Source: an uncultured cyanobacterium | Lineage (GTDB): Bacteria > Cyanobacteriota > Cyanobacteriia > Cyanobacteriales > CAWUOF01 | NCBI GenBank assembly: GCA_963744145.1 | Contig: CAVUSO010000001.1 | Location: forward strand, 832,001-896,000 | Direction of reading: 5' to 3' | Length of the DNA: 64,000 nt | Part shown: piece by piece, positions 55,103 to 64,000 of the stretch | How the letters are laid out: every line of letters begins with the position of its first letter | Numbering within the stretch: position 1 is the stretch's first letter | Translations under genes and position numbers: made by a program | Notes under the pieces: model-generated | The model's database searches: none | Told to the model about the DNA's origin: nothing | What the model saw: the letters and a program-made list of their open reading frames with translations, nothing else

Positions 55103-55987
55103 ATGTCAAAAAATCTCTCTTTTAAAGTTTGTGCTTATTCTTTAGGTATCTTGCTTTTATTTTCCTTTCCTGTATATGCAGAAAAAATTGTTAATCCTCG
55201 TTTGAAATCTCAAACCTATCCAGAGGAACAAATTTTCCCACAACTAGAACAAAGTCAGGTGATTTATTTAGGGGAAACCCATGATCGGATGGCAGATCAT
55301 CAATTACAATTAGAAATTATTCAGAAACTTTATCGACAGAATCCGAAAATAGCGATCGCGATGGAAATGTTCCAAAGACCTGCTCAAAATATTCTGGATC
55401 TTTATGTAGCTGGGAAAATTACAGAAACTGAACTAATTGAACAGACCGAATATCCAAAACGTTGGGGGTTTCTCTGGCAAAATTATCAGGCTATTTTGCA
55501 ATTTGCTCAAGCAAATCAAGTAAAAGTTTTAGCGTTAAATACTCCTTCAGAAATTACTAGAAAAGTGGCTCGTCAAGGATTAGAAAGTCTAACTGAATCA
55601 GAAAGAAAATCTATTCCCCCCTTGACCGAACTGATCACAGATAATTCTGCTTATCGTCAGCTTGTGCTAAATTCTTTTCAGGAACACCACCAAAATAATT
55701 TGGGTTCTAGTGCTTCGTTCGAGAGATTTTTTCTAGCTCAAGTATTATGGGATGAAACTATGGCAGAAACTATTAGTAAGTTTGCTAAAATTAATCCTGA
55801 TTATCAAATCATTGTCTTAGCTGGTCAAATGCACATTGTTTATGGTTTTGGGATTCCGAGTCGAGTAGCAAGAAGATTTGCAAATCGGAAATTATCTCAA
55901 ACTTTAATCCTGCTCAATTCCTCCTTAAACCTAGATAGCTCAGAACAGCCTATGGCAGATTTTCTGTGGTACAATATCCCAAAATAA
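55103..55987 (+). CDS. ChaN family (heme/iron-regulated) protein
   Basis: YLGETHD, AMEMF, AQVLWDETMA and LAGQMH motifs; start placed at ATG 55103. Confidence 0.85.
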   Translation: MSKNLSFKVCAYSLGILLLFSFPVYAEKIVNPRLKSQTYPEEQIFPQLEQSQVIYLGETHDRMADHQLQLEIIQKLYRQNPKIAIAMEMFQRPAQNILDLYVAGKITETELIEQTEYPKRWGFLWQNYQAILQFAQANQVKVLALNTPSEITRKVARQGLESLTESERKSIPPLTELITDNSAYRQLVLNSFQEHHQNNLGSSASFERFFLAQVLWDETMAETISKFAKINPDYQIIVLAGQMHIVYGFGIPSRVARRFANRKLSQTLILLNSSLNLDSSEQPMADFLWYNIPK

Positions 55988-56893
55988 TTAGCGTTCGATC
56001 GCCAAAGTTCCTTGAGTTCCATCTAAACACGCGATCGCACCTACAGGTAAAGCTGCGTTGACACCATCGTGACCAAAAGGTAAATCCGAAACAATCGGAA
56101 TCCCTAAATCACCTAAGCGATCGCGCAATACTTCCTCAACTGTAAAACTGGGGATATTAGGTGGTGCTTCACATTTACTAAAACGACCAAGAGCAATTCC
56201 TTTGACTTGAGCAAATATTCCCATCATTCTCCATTGTGTTAACATTCGATCGAGACGATAAGGAGCTTCACCGATATCCTCAAAAGCTAGAATAACTTCA
56301 TCTAAATTTGGTGCTATAGATGTTTGTAAAAGATGAGTAGCTACAGTTAAATTCGCTGGTAACAAATAACCCTTAACTGCACCTCCACCCCATCCTTGAC
56401 CAACTAAAGGATCGATCGCTTTTCCTTCTACCCAATCAAACAATCGTTGAATTGACCAATTAGGTTCATCTGTAATTGTAGTCAGTAAAGGACCATGCAC
56501 TCCAGCAATTCCGCAACTACTCAGACTCCATAAAAGACTGGTAATATCAGAAAACCCAATTAACCACTTCGGTATCGCGATCGCTGACCAACACCAATCT
56601 TCTAATAATCTCGCACCACCATAACCACCTCTAGCACATAAAATCCCGCGACAATTTGGATCTAACCAAGCTGTTAATAACTGCGCTCTGCGATTTGCAT
56701 CTACCCCAGCTAAATAACCCCAGCGCTGATCATAACCAGCAGCAAATTCCACCTGATAACCGCGCGATCGCCAAATTTCTACACCTTGTTCTACAGCACT
56801 TATTTCGCGCAAATAACCACTCGGAGCAATCACCTTTAATAAATCTCCAGGTTGTAAAGCTGGAGGTATTTGAGCCGGACTAAATTTCACCAT
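55988..56893 (-). CDS. LD-carboxypeptidase (peptidase S66)
   Basis: ARGGYG, GFSDIT, FEDIGE and PFGH catalytic motifs. Confidence 0.92.
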   Translation of the reverse strand: MVKFSPAQIPPALQPGDLLKVIAPSGYLREISAVEQGVEIWRSRGYQVEFAAGYDQRWGYLAGVDANRRAQLLTAWLDPNCRGILCARGGYGGARLLEDWCWSAIAIPKWLIGFSDITSLLWSLSSCGIAGVHGPLLTTITDEPNWSIQRLFDWVEGKAIDPLVGQGWGGGAVKGYLLPANLTVATHLLQTSIAPNLDEVILAFEDIGEAPYRLDRMLTQWRMMGIFAQVKGIALGRFSKCEAPPNIPSFTVEEVLRDRLGDLGIPIVSDLPFGHDGVNAALPVGAIACLDGTQGTLAIER

Positions 56894-56931
56894 AAATCAA
56901 ACATTGGCTTTTTACTAATTACAATAACTCT

Positions 56932-57067
56932 CAATACGATTCGGTTAAGTGTAGGGGTGAAGCATTCGGGCGATAATTAAACACTGAAGTGAGTAGCATT
57001 AGACCCGAATGCTTCACCCTTCTTCTGCGTCGATATCTCCCAAAATATCCTTAAACGAACCATACTA
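56932..57067. mobile_element. MITE-like repeat copy
   Basis: CAATACGATTCGGTTAAG left end, GGGTGAAGCATTCGGG...CCCGAATGCTTCACCC hairpin, degenerate right end. Confidence 0.6.
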
Positions 57068-58174
57068 CAATAACTCTGACTCGGATTTGATGACACTAAC
57101 AGGGAGTGAAATTTCTGGAGGAGATGATTCTAATTGATTAATATTTTCCTCAGTTGGTAGTGAAGTTTGATTACTTTGACTATTGTTGGTGAGTATCTGG
57201 TTCAGTCTTTCAGCAATAACATCACGTTGATTGATGAGATAAATGCTAACTAAAGTCAGACAAACACCGATTGATTGGACTGGGCTGAGAACTTCTCCTA
57301 AAAATAAATTGCCAAACAATAAGGCAAAAACTGGGGTGAGAAAAGTCAAGGAACTGAAACTGGTCAGATTACCAGTAGAAGCAAAGTAAAAGAATAAACC
57401 ATAAGCGATCGCACTACCAAATACGGTGGAATAAGTCAAAGATAAATAGTTACCTAAATCCAAATTCACCCACTGCTCAGATTCAGTCATTCCGGAAAGC
57501 AGAAACATGGGCACCCCACCTAAAATCATGTGCCAACCTGTTGCGGTAACTGGATCAGCATAGCGACAAACAGCCCTAACTGTAACTGTCCCGATCGCCA
57601 TAGACAGTGCCGCTAACAACATCAGCCATTCGCCATTTTGCCATAATTGACTAAAGTCTAGAGTCATGGCAATCCCATTTCCTTGTAACCATCCCCAAAT
57701 CCATTCATCAGGTAAACCAATCAGACTGATTCCCAACACTCCGATCGCCAACCCTAACCAGCCCCATGGGCCAATTTTTTCCCCAAATAACCATAAACAT
57801 AATAAAGCTACTGCGATCGGTTGAGAATCAATCATCACAGAACCCAAACCTGCTCCAGTTCTAACTAATCCTTCTGCTAGAAAACCTTGGAACATAGCAC
57901 CATCAACTAGCGCAAATAGGGAAATCCACAACCATGCTTTCACACCTTGGGGTTGGGGTTTCCCCATCAGCGCACCAGCAATCACTACAATAATTCCCGC
58001 AGGTAACAACCTAATCCCTGCCATAAATAGAGGAGTGGTGTGGGGAACTACATCTTTCATCGCGACCATTGCTGTGCCCCACAAAAAAAAGGGAGCAATT
58101 AAGAGGAGCGAGCTAAAGAGAGATTTCGCTTCAGTAATTTTTGCTTGCATATCAGATTTTGTGAAAAATGTCAA
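57065..58174 (-). CDS. DMT/EamA family transporter
   Basis: 10 TM segments, PFFLWGTAMVAMK N-terminal motif. Confidence 0.88.
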   Translation of the reverse strand: MTFFTKSDMQAKITEAKSLFSSLLLIAPFFLWGTAMVAMKDVVPHTTPLFMAGIRLLPAGIIVVIAGALMGKPQPQGVKAWLWISLFALVDGAMFQGFLAEGLVRTGAGLGSVMIDSQPIAVALLCLWLFGEKIGPWGWLGLAIGVLGISLIGLPDEWIWGWLQGNGIAMTLDFSQLWQNGEWLMLLAALSMAIGTVTVRAVCRYADPVTATGWHMILGGVPMFLLSGMTESEQWVNLDLGNYLSLTYSTVFGSAIAYGLFFYFASTGNLTSFSSLTFLTPVFALLFGNLFLGEVLSPVQSIGVCLTLVSIYLINQRDVIAERLNQILTNNSQSNQTSLPTEENINQLESSPPEISLPVSVIKSESELL

Positions 58175-58890
58175 TCTATTTGGCGATCGAATTTAAAAGC
58201 AATTAACATAATTATATACTTTTGTTAAGCAAATACTGCTATAAATCTTAGACAAGAAAGCAAAAATCAATAGGACAGGCAAGATGTCTGTCCCACCAGA
58301 GTCTTTTTTGATTGTGGGACAGATGATTAACAAATCCCAAACCTTTCTTCCCACTTCATCCCTTAATCTTAACCAAACCTTAATTTACATCTAGCAAAAA
58401 GAAGTATATGCTATGAAATCTCCAATAAAAAAGGTAACAACGATGTTTGAGAGATTCACCGAACCAATTTTTGTTAAACGACCAACTCACCTAGCAGAGT
58501 CAATACTTTGCTATTTAGTTAGTGTGATCCAGATCCTGATTTTCCATTTTTCTTACCGAAGTCCGATAAGTATCTAATCTGTCACTTCTTTAATGCGATA
58601 CATATAGTGGCAGATTAGCTAATATTACAGATTTTTTGAAAATTTATCGCCGAATAGACAAGGCTAGCGATCGCGATCGGGAATAAAAGCGATTGATGCA
58701 AGTTGAGGTATGAACCTCTTCTTTCTTGGCGTCTGAGGATGGTAATACTGTGCGATCGCACGCAGATGTGGAATGACTTGGTGATCAATAAAACTGACGA
58801 TCGCGATCGGAAATAGGCGATCGTCAGGGATGGAATGCTTGTAGCTTAGGCAAAAATGTTAACCCGATTGGAAAAAATGAGGATAAAATT

Positions 58891-60576
58891 ATGTTGACTA
58901 GAGATTTGGCTGCTGTATCTTTAAACTCTGTGAATGAACTTAATGGCAAGAGTTCTGGGATTGTTCTTGGTAATAGTCCGTTGGATATTGAACAAGTTAA
59001 TTCAGTCGCGAGAAAATCAACTTCCGTCGATTTAACTACTAATAAATATATCCGTCAGCGGGTTGAAGAGGCTCATAATTATATTCGTCGAGCAGTAGCT
59101 GCGGGTAAACCAATTTATGGCGTCACTACCAAATTTGGTGGAATGGCAAATATTGCAGTGCCTCCTGATGAATTGTCACAGCTACAAATGAATTTGGCGA
59201 TTTATCATAAAGCTGGTGCTGGGAACTATTTACCGGATGAGTGTGTACGCGCTGGGATATTAGTGCGAGTTATTTCCCATTTACAAGGTGCTTCAGGAAT
59301 TCGCTGGGATATCATTGCCAGAATGGTAGCTTTTTTAAATTCTGGAGTGACTCCTTTAGTACCTGAACTAGGTTCAATTGGAGCTTCGGGAGATTTAACT
59401 CCTTTAGCTTATGTAACCGGATGTGTAATTGGTTTAGATGAAAAGTATCTGGTCAATTTTAAAGGGACAAGAATGTCCTGTTTAGAAGCATTAAAACGCT
59501 TGGAATTACGCCCAATTACTTTGTTGCCAAAAGAAGGTTTGGCGATGATGAATGGAACTTCAATGATGACAGGAATTGCGGCTCTTTGTACTTATGATGC
59601 AAAGTCTTTATTGCGGTTATCCCTGGGCGCTCATGCGTTGATGATTCAAGGTTTAGCTGGTACTAATCAATCTTTTCATCCCTTTATTCAGCGTCTAAAA
59701 CCCCATTTTGGTCAGGTCTGGTCTGCAAGGATGATGGTGAAATTATTAGCTGGTTCTCAGTTAAGTTTAAATGAGTTGGATGGGAGTAATAAGTTTGATG
59801 GGAGTAGTTTGATTCAAGATCGTTATTCCCTGCGCTGTTTTCCTCAGTATTTAGGTCCGATCGTGGAAGGGATTGATCAGATTAATCAGGAAGTGGAAAT
59901 TGAAATAAATTCAGTCACCGATAATCCTTTAATTGATGTGAATCAAGGGACTAGTTATCACGGTGGGAATTTCTTGGGTCAGTATATTGGGATGGGGATG
60001 GATAAGTTACGTTATTTGTTAGGAATGTTAGTTAAGCATTTAGATGTGCAGATTGCTTTATTGACTGCTCCTGAGTTTAGTAATGGTTTGTCTCCTTCTT
60101 TAGTAGGTAATACTAATAATCGAGTGAATATGGGGTTGAAAGCTTTGCAAATTACCGGAAATTCGATTATGCCCATGTTGAGTTTTTACGGTAATTCCAT
60201 TGCTGATCGTTATCCCACTCATGCGGAACAATATAACCAAAATATCAATTCTCAAGGCTTTGCTTCAGCTAATTTAGCACGGAAATCAATTGAATTAGGT
60301 CAGCAATATTTGGCGATCGCGTTGATGTTTGGTGTGCAATCTGTAGATTTACGCACTTTTAAGGTTGCAGGTCATTATGATGCGCGGAAATGTTTATCGA
60401 CAAAAACAATTCCTTTGTATGAAGCAATTCGGGCAATTGTTGGTAAACCACCTTCAGCAAAACGCCCTTATATTTGGGACGATCGCGATCAGTTTTTAGA
60501 TGAACATCTTGCAGCGATCGCCGCTGATATTACTAATGGTGGTCGGATTGTTCAAACTTTGAATTTGGAGGTTTGA
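58891..60576 (+). CDS. MIO-dependent aromatic amino acid ammonia-lyase (PAL/TAL family)
   Basis: YGVTT, GSIGASGDL (MIO-forming ASG), KEGLAMMNGT, QDRYSLRC and HGGNF motifs. Confidence 0.93.
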   Translation: MLTRDLAAVSLNSVNELNGKSSGIVLGNSPLDIEQVNSVARKSTSVDLTTNKYIRQRVEEAHNYIRRAVAAGKPIYGVTTKFGGMANIAVPPDELSQLQMNLAIYHKAGAGNYLPDECVRAGILVRVISHLQGASGIRWDIIARMVAFLNSGVTPLVPELGSIGASGDLTPLAYVTGCVIGLDEKYLVNFKGTRMSCLEALKRLELRPITLLPKEGLAMMNGTSMMTGIAALCTYDAKSLLRLSLGAHALMIQGLAGTNQSFHPFIQRLKPHFGQVWSARMMVKLLAGSQLSLNELDGSNKFDGSSLIQDRYSLRCFPQYLGPIVEGIDQINQEVEIEINSVTDNPLIDVNQGTSYHGGNFLGQYIGMGMDKLRYLLGMLVKHLDVQIALLTAPEFSNGLSPSLVGNTNNRVNMGLKALQITGNSIMPMLSFYGNSIADRYPTHAEQYNQNINSQGFASANLARKSIELGQQYLAIALMFGVQSVDLRTFKVAGHYDARKCLSTKTIPLYEAIRAIVGKPPSAKRPYIWDDRDQFLDEHLAAIAADITNGGRIVQTLNLEV

Positions 60577-60592
60577 TTCTTCTTAGCTAAAA

Positions 60593-60862
60593 TGACCTCT
60601 CCCCCAACCCCTCTCCTAAGAGGAAAGGGGAGTAAGAATGATTTCTCCCCCAACCACTCTCCTATGAGAAAAGGGGAGCAGAATTAATCATTTTAAAGCT
60701 CAATATGGTTCGGTTAATTGTAGGGGTGAAGCATTCGGGCGATCATTGAACAATTAAAAGAGTAATATTAGACCCGAATGCTTCACCCTTCTTCTGCTTA
60801 CAAGAGTTTGAAGACAAATTATTTTCAAAGTCCCCCTTTTTAAGGGGGATTTAGGGGGATCT
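60593..60862. repeat. Cluster of cyanobacterial intergenic hairpin repeats and a MITE fragment
   Basis: Two CTCTCCCCCAACCCCTCTCC...GGGGAG-type units (also at about 7197 and 27813), a MITE-like copy at 60701, and TCCCCCTTTTTAAGGGGGATTTAGGGGGAT. Confidence 0.7.
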
Positions 60863-60926
60863 TATTGGCAAATTCGCGACCTATTCTCAATTTTTCTCAC
60901 TGTTAACTTTTTCTGCTGTCAAGACC

Positions 60927-62438
60927 ATGAACATTTCTCAAAACATCGAACGAGTAGCACGCATTTTTCCTCATCAAACCGCTTTACTGTTTGAAGAGCA
61001 AACCTTTACCTACGCCCAATTAAATGCCCAAGCTAATCTAGTGGCTAATAGCTTGCACTATTTAGGAATTGGTAAAGGCGATCGCGTGGCTTTATTTCTG
61101 CCGAATATTCCCGAATTTATCTTTGCTTATTATGGCATTCAAAAATTAGGAGCGATCGCAGTTTCTCTGAATGTGATGCTGAAGCGAGATGAGGTTTGGT
61201 ATATTTTGAATGATTCTGGTAGTAAGGCGATTATTACTACTTCAGATTTACGTCGTCAGGTGCCAGAGCAGGATTTAGTTGATTTGCAATGGGTGTTGTT
61301 AGTAGATGGCGAAAATAGCCAGGATTTAAGGTTATCAGAATTGATGCTTAATGCTTCGCCGATTTTCTCATCCATGGAAATGGAACCAAAAGACCCAGCC
61401 GCGATCGTTTATACTTCTGGAACTACTGGTTTTCCTAAAGGTGCGGTTCTTTCTCACGGTAATATTGTCTCGAATATGCACTCTCAGCGTCATAGTTGTG
61501 GGATAACAAAAGATGATAAGTTGTTGCTTTATTTGCCCCTATTTCACTGTTTTGGTCAGAATGCAATTCTGAATAGTGGTTTGAATGCGGGCGCAACTAT
61601 TATCTTGCAAAGACGCTTTCAACTTGACCAGGTTTTGGCAGCGATTCAAACTGAAGGTGTCACAATGTTTTTTGGCGTTCCTACGGTTTTTGCTAAACTT
61701 TTGGAAGCCAAAGCAGAAAACTGGAATTGGCGTTCCGTTCGTTATTATTTTAGTGCGGCTGCTACTTTGTCGATGGAAACTGTTCGCTGTTGGGAGCAGA
61801 AATTTGGCAGTCCGATCTATCAAGGTTATGGGTTAACGGAAGCTTCTCCTTGTGCTAGTTATAACCATGCTTGGAAGTATAAAACTGGCTCGATTGGAAT
61901 GCCGATTGATAATGTGGAAATGAAGGTGATTGATGAAGCTGATCAAGAAGTTTCCGTTGGTAAATTAGGGCAAATTATTATTCGGGGTCCGAATGTGATG
62001 TTGGAGTATTGGAATCATCCCGAAGAAACAGCCAAAGTGTTAAAGAATGGTTGGTTGCATACCGGAGATATTGGTTACATGGATGCGGATGGCGATTTCT
62101 ATTTAGTCGATCGGTTGAAAGACATGATTAATGTCTCTGGTTTTAAGGTTTATCCCAATGAAGTGGAACGGGTTTTTCATCAGCATCCTGGAGTGGCGGA
62201 GGTCGCGGTTTATGGAGTTAATGATCCGATGAAGGGAGAGGTGGTTTATGCAAATATTCGGTTAGTTCCAGGGGAATCTTTTACGGTTGATGATTTGAGG
62301 GCTTTTTGTCATGAAAAAATGGCTAATTATAAGGTGCCCCAGGTGATTAATTTGGTTCGTTCTTTGCCGAAAAATGCGACAGGAAAAGTCTTGAAAACTG
62401 TGCTTCGTCAAGAGGCGATCGCTCGGCGGAATTCCTGA
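60927..62438 (+). CDS. Acyl/aryl-CoA ligase (ANL superfamily)
   Basis: YTSGTTGFPKG, QGYGLTE, GWLHTGD and PKNATGK motifs. Confidence 0.92.
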   Translation: MNISQNIERVARIFPHQTALLFEEQTFTYAQLNAQANLVANSLHYLGIGKGDRVALFLPNIPEFIFAYYGIQKLGAIAVSLNVMLKRDEVWYILNDSGSKAIITTSDLRRQVPEQDLVDLQWVLLVDGENSQDLRLSELMLNASPIFSSMEMEPKDPAAIVYTSGTTGFPKGAVLSHGNIVSNMHSQRHSCGITKDDKLLLYLPLFHCFGQNAILNSGLNAGATIILQRRFQLDQVLAAIQTEGVTMFFGVPTVFAKLLEAKAENWNWRSVRYYFSAAATLSMETVRCWEQKFGSPIYQGYGLTEASPCASYNHAWKYKTGSIGMPIDNVEMKVIDEADQEVSVGKLGQIIIRGPNVMLEYWNHPEETAKVLKNGWLHTGDIGYMDADGDFYLVDRLKDMINVSGFKVYPNEVERVFHQHPGVAEVAVYGVNDPMKGEVVYANIRLVPGESFTVDDLRAFCHEKMANYKVPQVINLVRSLPKNATGKVLKTVLRQEAIARRNS

Positions 62439-62655
62439 TGATTTTGAGCTTGGAGCAGAAATATTTGGAAAGGTTCCAAATATTTTCTATTCTTAGTTAT
62501 CAGTCATAAATTTTGAGAGCGAAATCACCAACATTTATATCATTAAATTAAATCTTCTCAGAACATACAACTAGTTATATTCTGAGAGATTTTTTGCATT
62601 CAAATTGACTCCATTTTAATTATATAAAGCTTTGATAAAGATGCTTCTAAACCTC

Positions 62656-62684
62656 TTGACTCTAGTTGAATTAATAGTTACTAT
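62656..62684 (+). promoter_or_regulatory. Candidate sigma70 promoter for the ThDP-enzyme gene
   Basis: TTGACT-17 nt-TACTAT, 38 nt upstream of ATG 62723. Confidence 0.5.
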
Positions 62685-62722
62685 AAAAGTCATGAATTAG
62701 CTGAGGTTAAATTACACCACAA

Positions 62723-64000
62723 ATGAATAGACCAAATGAAAATTGTATCATCATATCAGATACTACCAAACAAGAGATAAAAGAAGTAAAAACAACCGAT
62801 GATTTGACAAAATCATTTGTTAGTGTTAAGCAGGAAGTACCACAGCAAATACCGCCCAAATATTTGCAGGAAAATCTTAAAATTAATTGTGAAAGCTCTG
62901 GGGCATTTCCTCATCTTAATCAAGAGTCATCAGCTAGTGAATCTGTGGCTGAGGTGGTGGTTAAGATGTTAGAAAAATTAGGAGTTGAGTATGCTTTCGG
63001 AGTTTCGGGGGGTGCGATCGCATCTGTTTGGGCTGCACTAGAAAATAGTTCTATTAAAGTGATTCATTTCCGGCATGAATCGGGTGCGGCTTTTGCAGCA
63101 ACAGAAGCTTATTTTGCTAGTGCTAGTCGCGTTCCTGTAGTAGTATTTAGTACAGCAGGGCCAGGAATTACTAATGCTTTAACAGGACTATTTGCAGCTC
63201 GTTGGGAAGGGGCAAAAGTCATCTTTCTCTCTCCTGCAACTTCAGCCCAACAACGAGGTCGGTTTGCTTGTCAAGAAACCAGCGCAAACACTATGCCAAA
63301 GAAAGGGTTTTTTACTAAAAAAGGAAAGAAGTTGTTTGATTATGCAACCATTTTGGAGAAATCAAACCAATTACCAGAAATAATTCAAAGTCTGGCTAAA
63401 GGGTTAGTAAAACCGGGCAGTTTTGTTGCTCACATTAGCATTCCTACAGCTATCCAATCAAGCTCGATCAAGCCTTCATTTTCAGAAGAAAAATTAGCTC
63501 ATTTGATGAATCTTCCTGACAAAAAAGTAGTCACACCTGATGAGGAAAAACTTAAGAAATGTGCTAAGAAGCTATCTAAAAAACCATTTGCGATCTGGGT
63601 TGGCTTTGAAGCAAGAGAAGCAGCAGCAGAAATTTACGAGTTAGCCCAAAAAACTGGTGCTGCTGTGATGTGTTCGCCACGCGGCAAGGGTATTTTTCCC
63701 GAAAAGCATCAGCAGTTTGTGGGAGTAACGGGCTTTGGTGGTCATGCAGAAGTATTGAGATATATACAGGAACACGAATTCCGCCCACAGTATCTTTTGG
63801 TTTTGGGGACTCAACTTGGTGAGCTTACTTCATTCTGGAGTCCTGCAATGATACCTCCAAAAGGATTCATTCACGTTGATATTGATCCAAATGTACCCGG
63901 AACTGCCTATCCTGAAGCCAAAACTCTCTCCGTAGTTTCTGATATCAAAATATTTGTCAAAGCTTTGATGGAATTGTTACCAGAGTCGTCAGCACAAGAG
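62723..64000 (+). CDS. ThDP-dependent acyloin synthase / acetolactate-synthase-like enzyme (ScyA/CybE-like), truncated by the window end
   Basis: Absent from the ORF track because it runs off the edge. Manual translation gives YAFGVSGGAIA, HFRHESGAAFAATE, STAGPGITNALTG, RGRFACQETS and SPRGKGIFPE. Confidence 0.88.
   Translation, partial: MNRPNENCIIISDTTKQEIKEVKTTDDLTKSFVSVKQEVPQQIPPKYLQENLKINCESSGAFPHLNQESSASESVAEVVVKMLEKLGVEYAFGVSGGAIASVWAALENSSIKVIHFRHESGAAFAATEAYFASASRVPVVVFSTAGPGITNALTGLFAARWEGAKVIFLSPATSAQQRGRFACQETSANTMPKKGFFTKKGKKLFDYATILEKSNQLPEIIQSLAKGLVKPGSFVAHISIPTAIQSSSIKPSFSEEKLAHLMNLPDKKVVTPDEEKLKKCAKKLSKKPFAIWVGFEAREAAAEIYELAQKTGAAVMCSPRGKGIFPEKHQQFVGVTGFGGHAEVLRYIQEHEFRPQYLLVLGTQLGELTSFWSPAMIPPKGFIHVDIDPNVPGTAYPEAKTLSVVSDIKIFVKALMELLPESSAQE

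Noticed and set aside
58660..58830. Dense HIP1 cluster upstream of the ammonia-lyase as a possible structured RNA
   Set aside because: HIP1 is abundant throughout the window and no recognisable riboswitch or ncRNA motif was seen
509..63788. Short antisense or alternate-frame ORFs within long genes (e.g. 509..859, 13949..14218, 48034..48324, 63192..63383, 63576..63788)
   Set aside because: Shadows of well-supported CDSs, with no motifs of their own
62723..64000. Calling the ThDP enzyme scyA (scytonemin) or ilvB
   Set aside because: Context is ammonia-lyase plus CoA ligase, with no scyB/scyC or ilvN visible; the gene is incomplete in the window

Overview
Cyanobacterial chromosomal window (low GC, very frequent HIP1 octamer GCGATCGC, cyanobacteria-type genes). 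From left to right it holds: part of a hopanoid cluster (squalene synthase, hpnJ, frameshifted hpnK, EamA transporter); a His-tailed ferrochelatase-like gene, an OFA-type MFS transporter and a PARG-like gene; a 12 kb four-gene surface operon (DUF11 protein, frameshifted outer-membrane beta-barrel, beta-helix protein, 1911-aa DUF11 adhesin); housekeeping-type genes (PHP, HetZ-like, Sua5/YciO, larC, DUF202); a very large orphan type I-D-like CRISPR array (about 208 identical 37-nt repeats by manual count, then 4 trailer repeats and a half repeat, no cas genes in the window). The array trailer is interrupted by a 749-bp non-autonomous element with TGT..ACA 25-bp inverted ends and repeated 17-bp sites, then by nested REP/MITE sequences, and its last half repeat supplies the stop codon of a histidine kinase. 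After that come ftsH2, a chromosomal ParM/ParR-like pair, pheA and several single genes. The window ends in the start of an ammonia-lyase / CoA-ligase / ThDP-enzyme cluster resembling furanolide (cyanobacterin-type) biosynthesis. All calls come from motif recognition by eye; no database searches were run.
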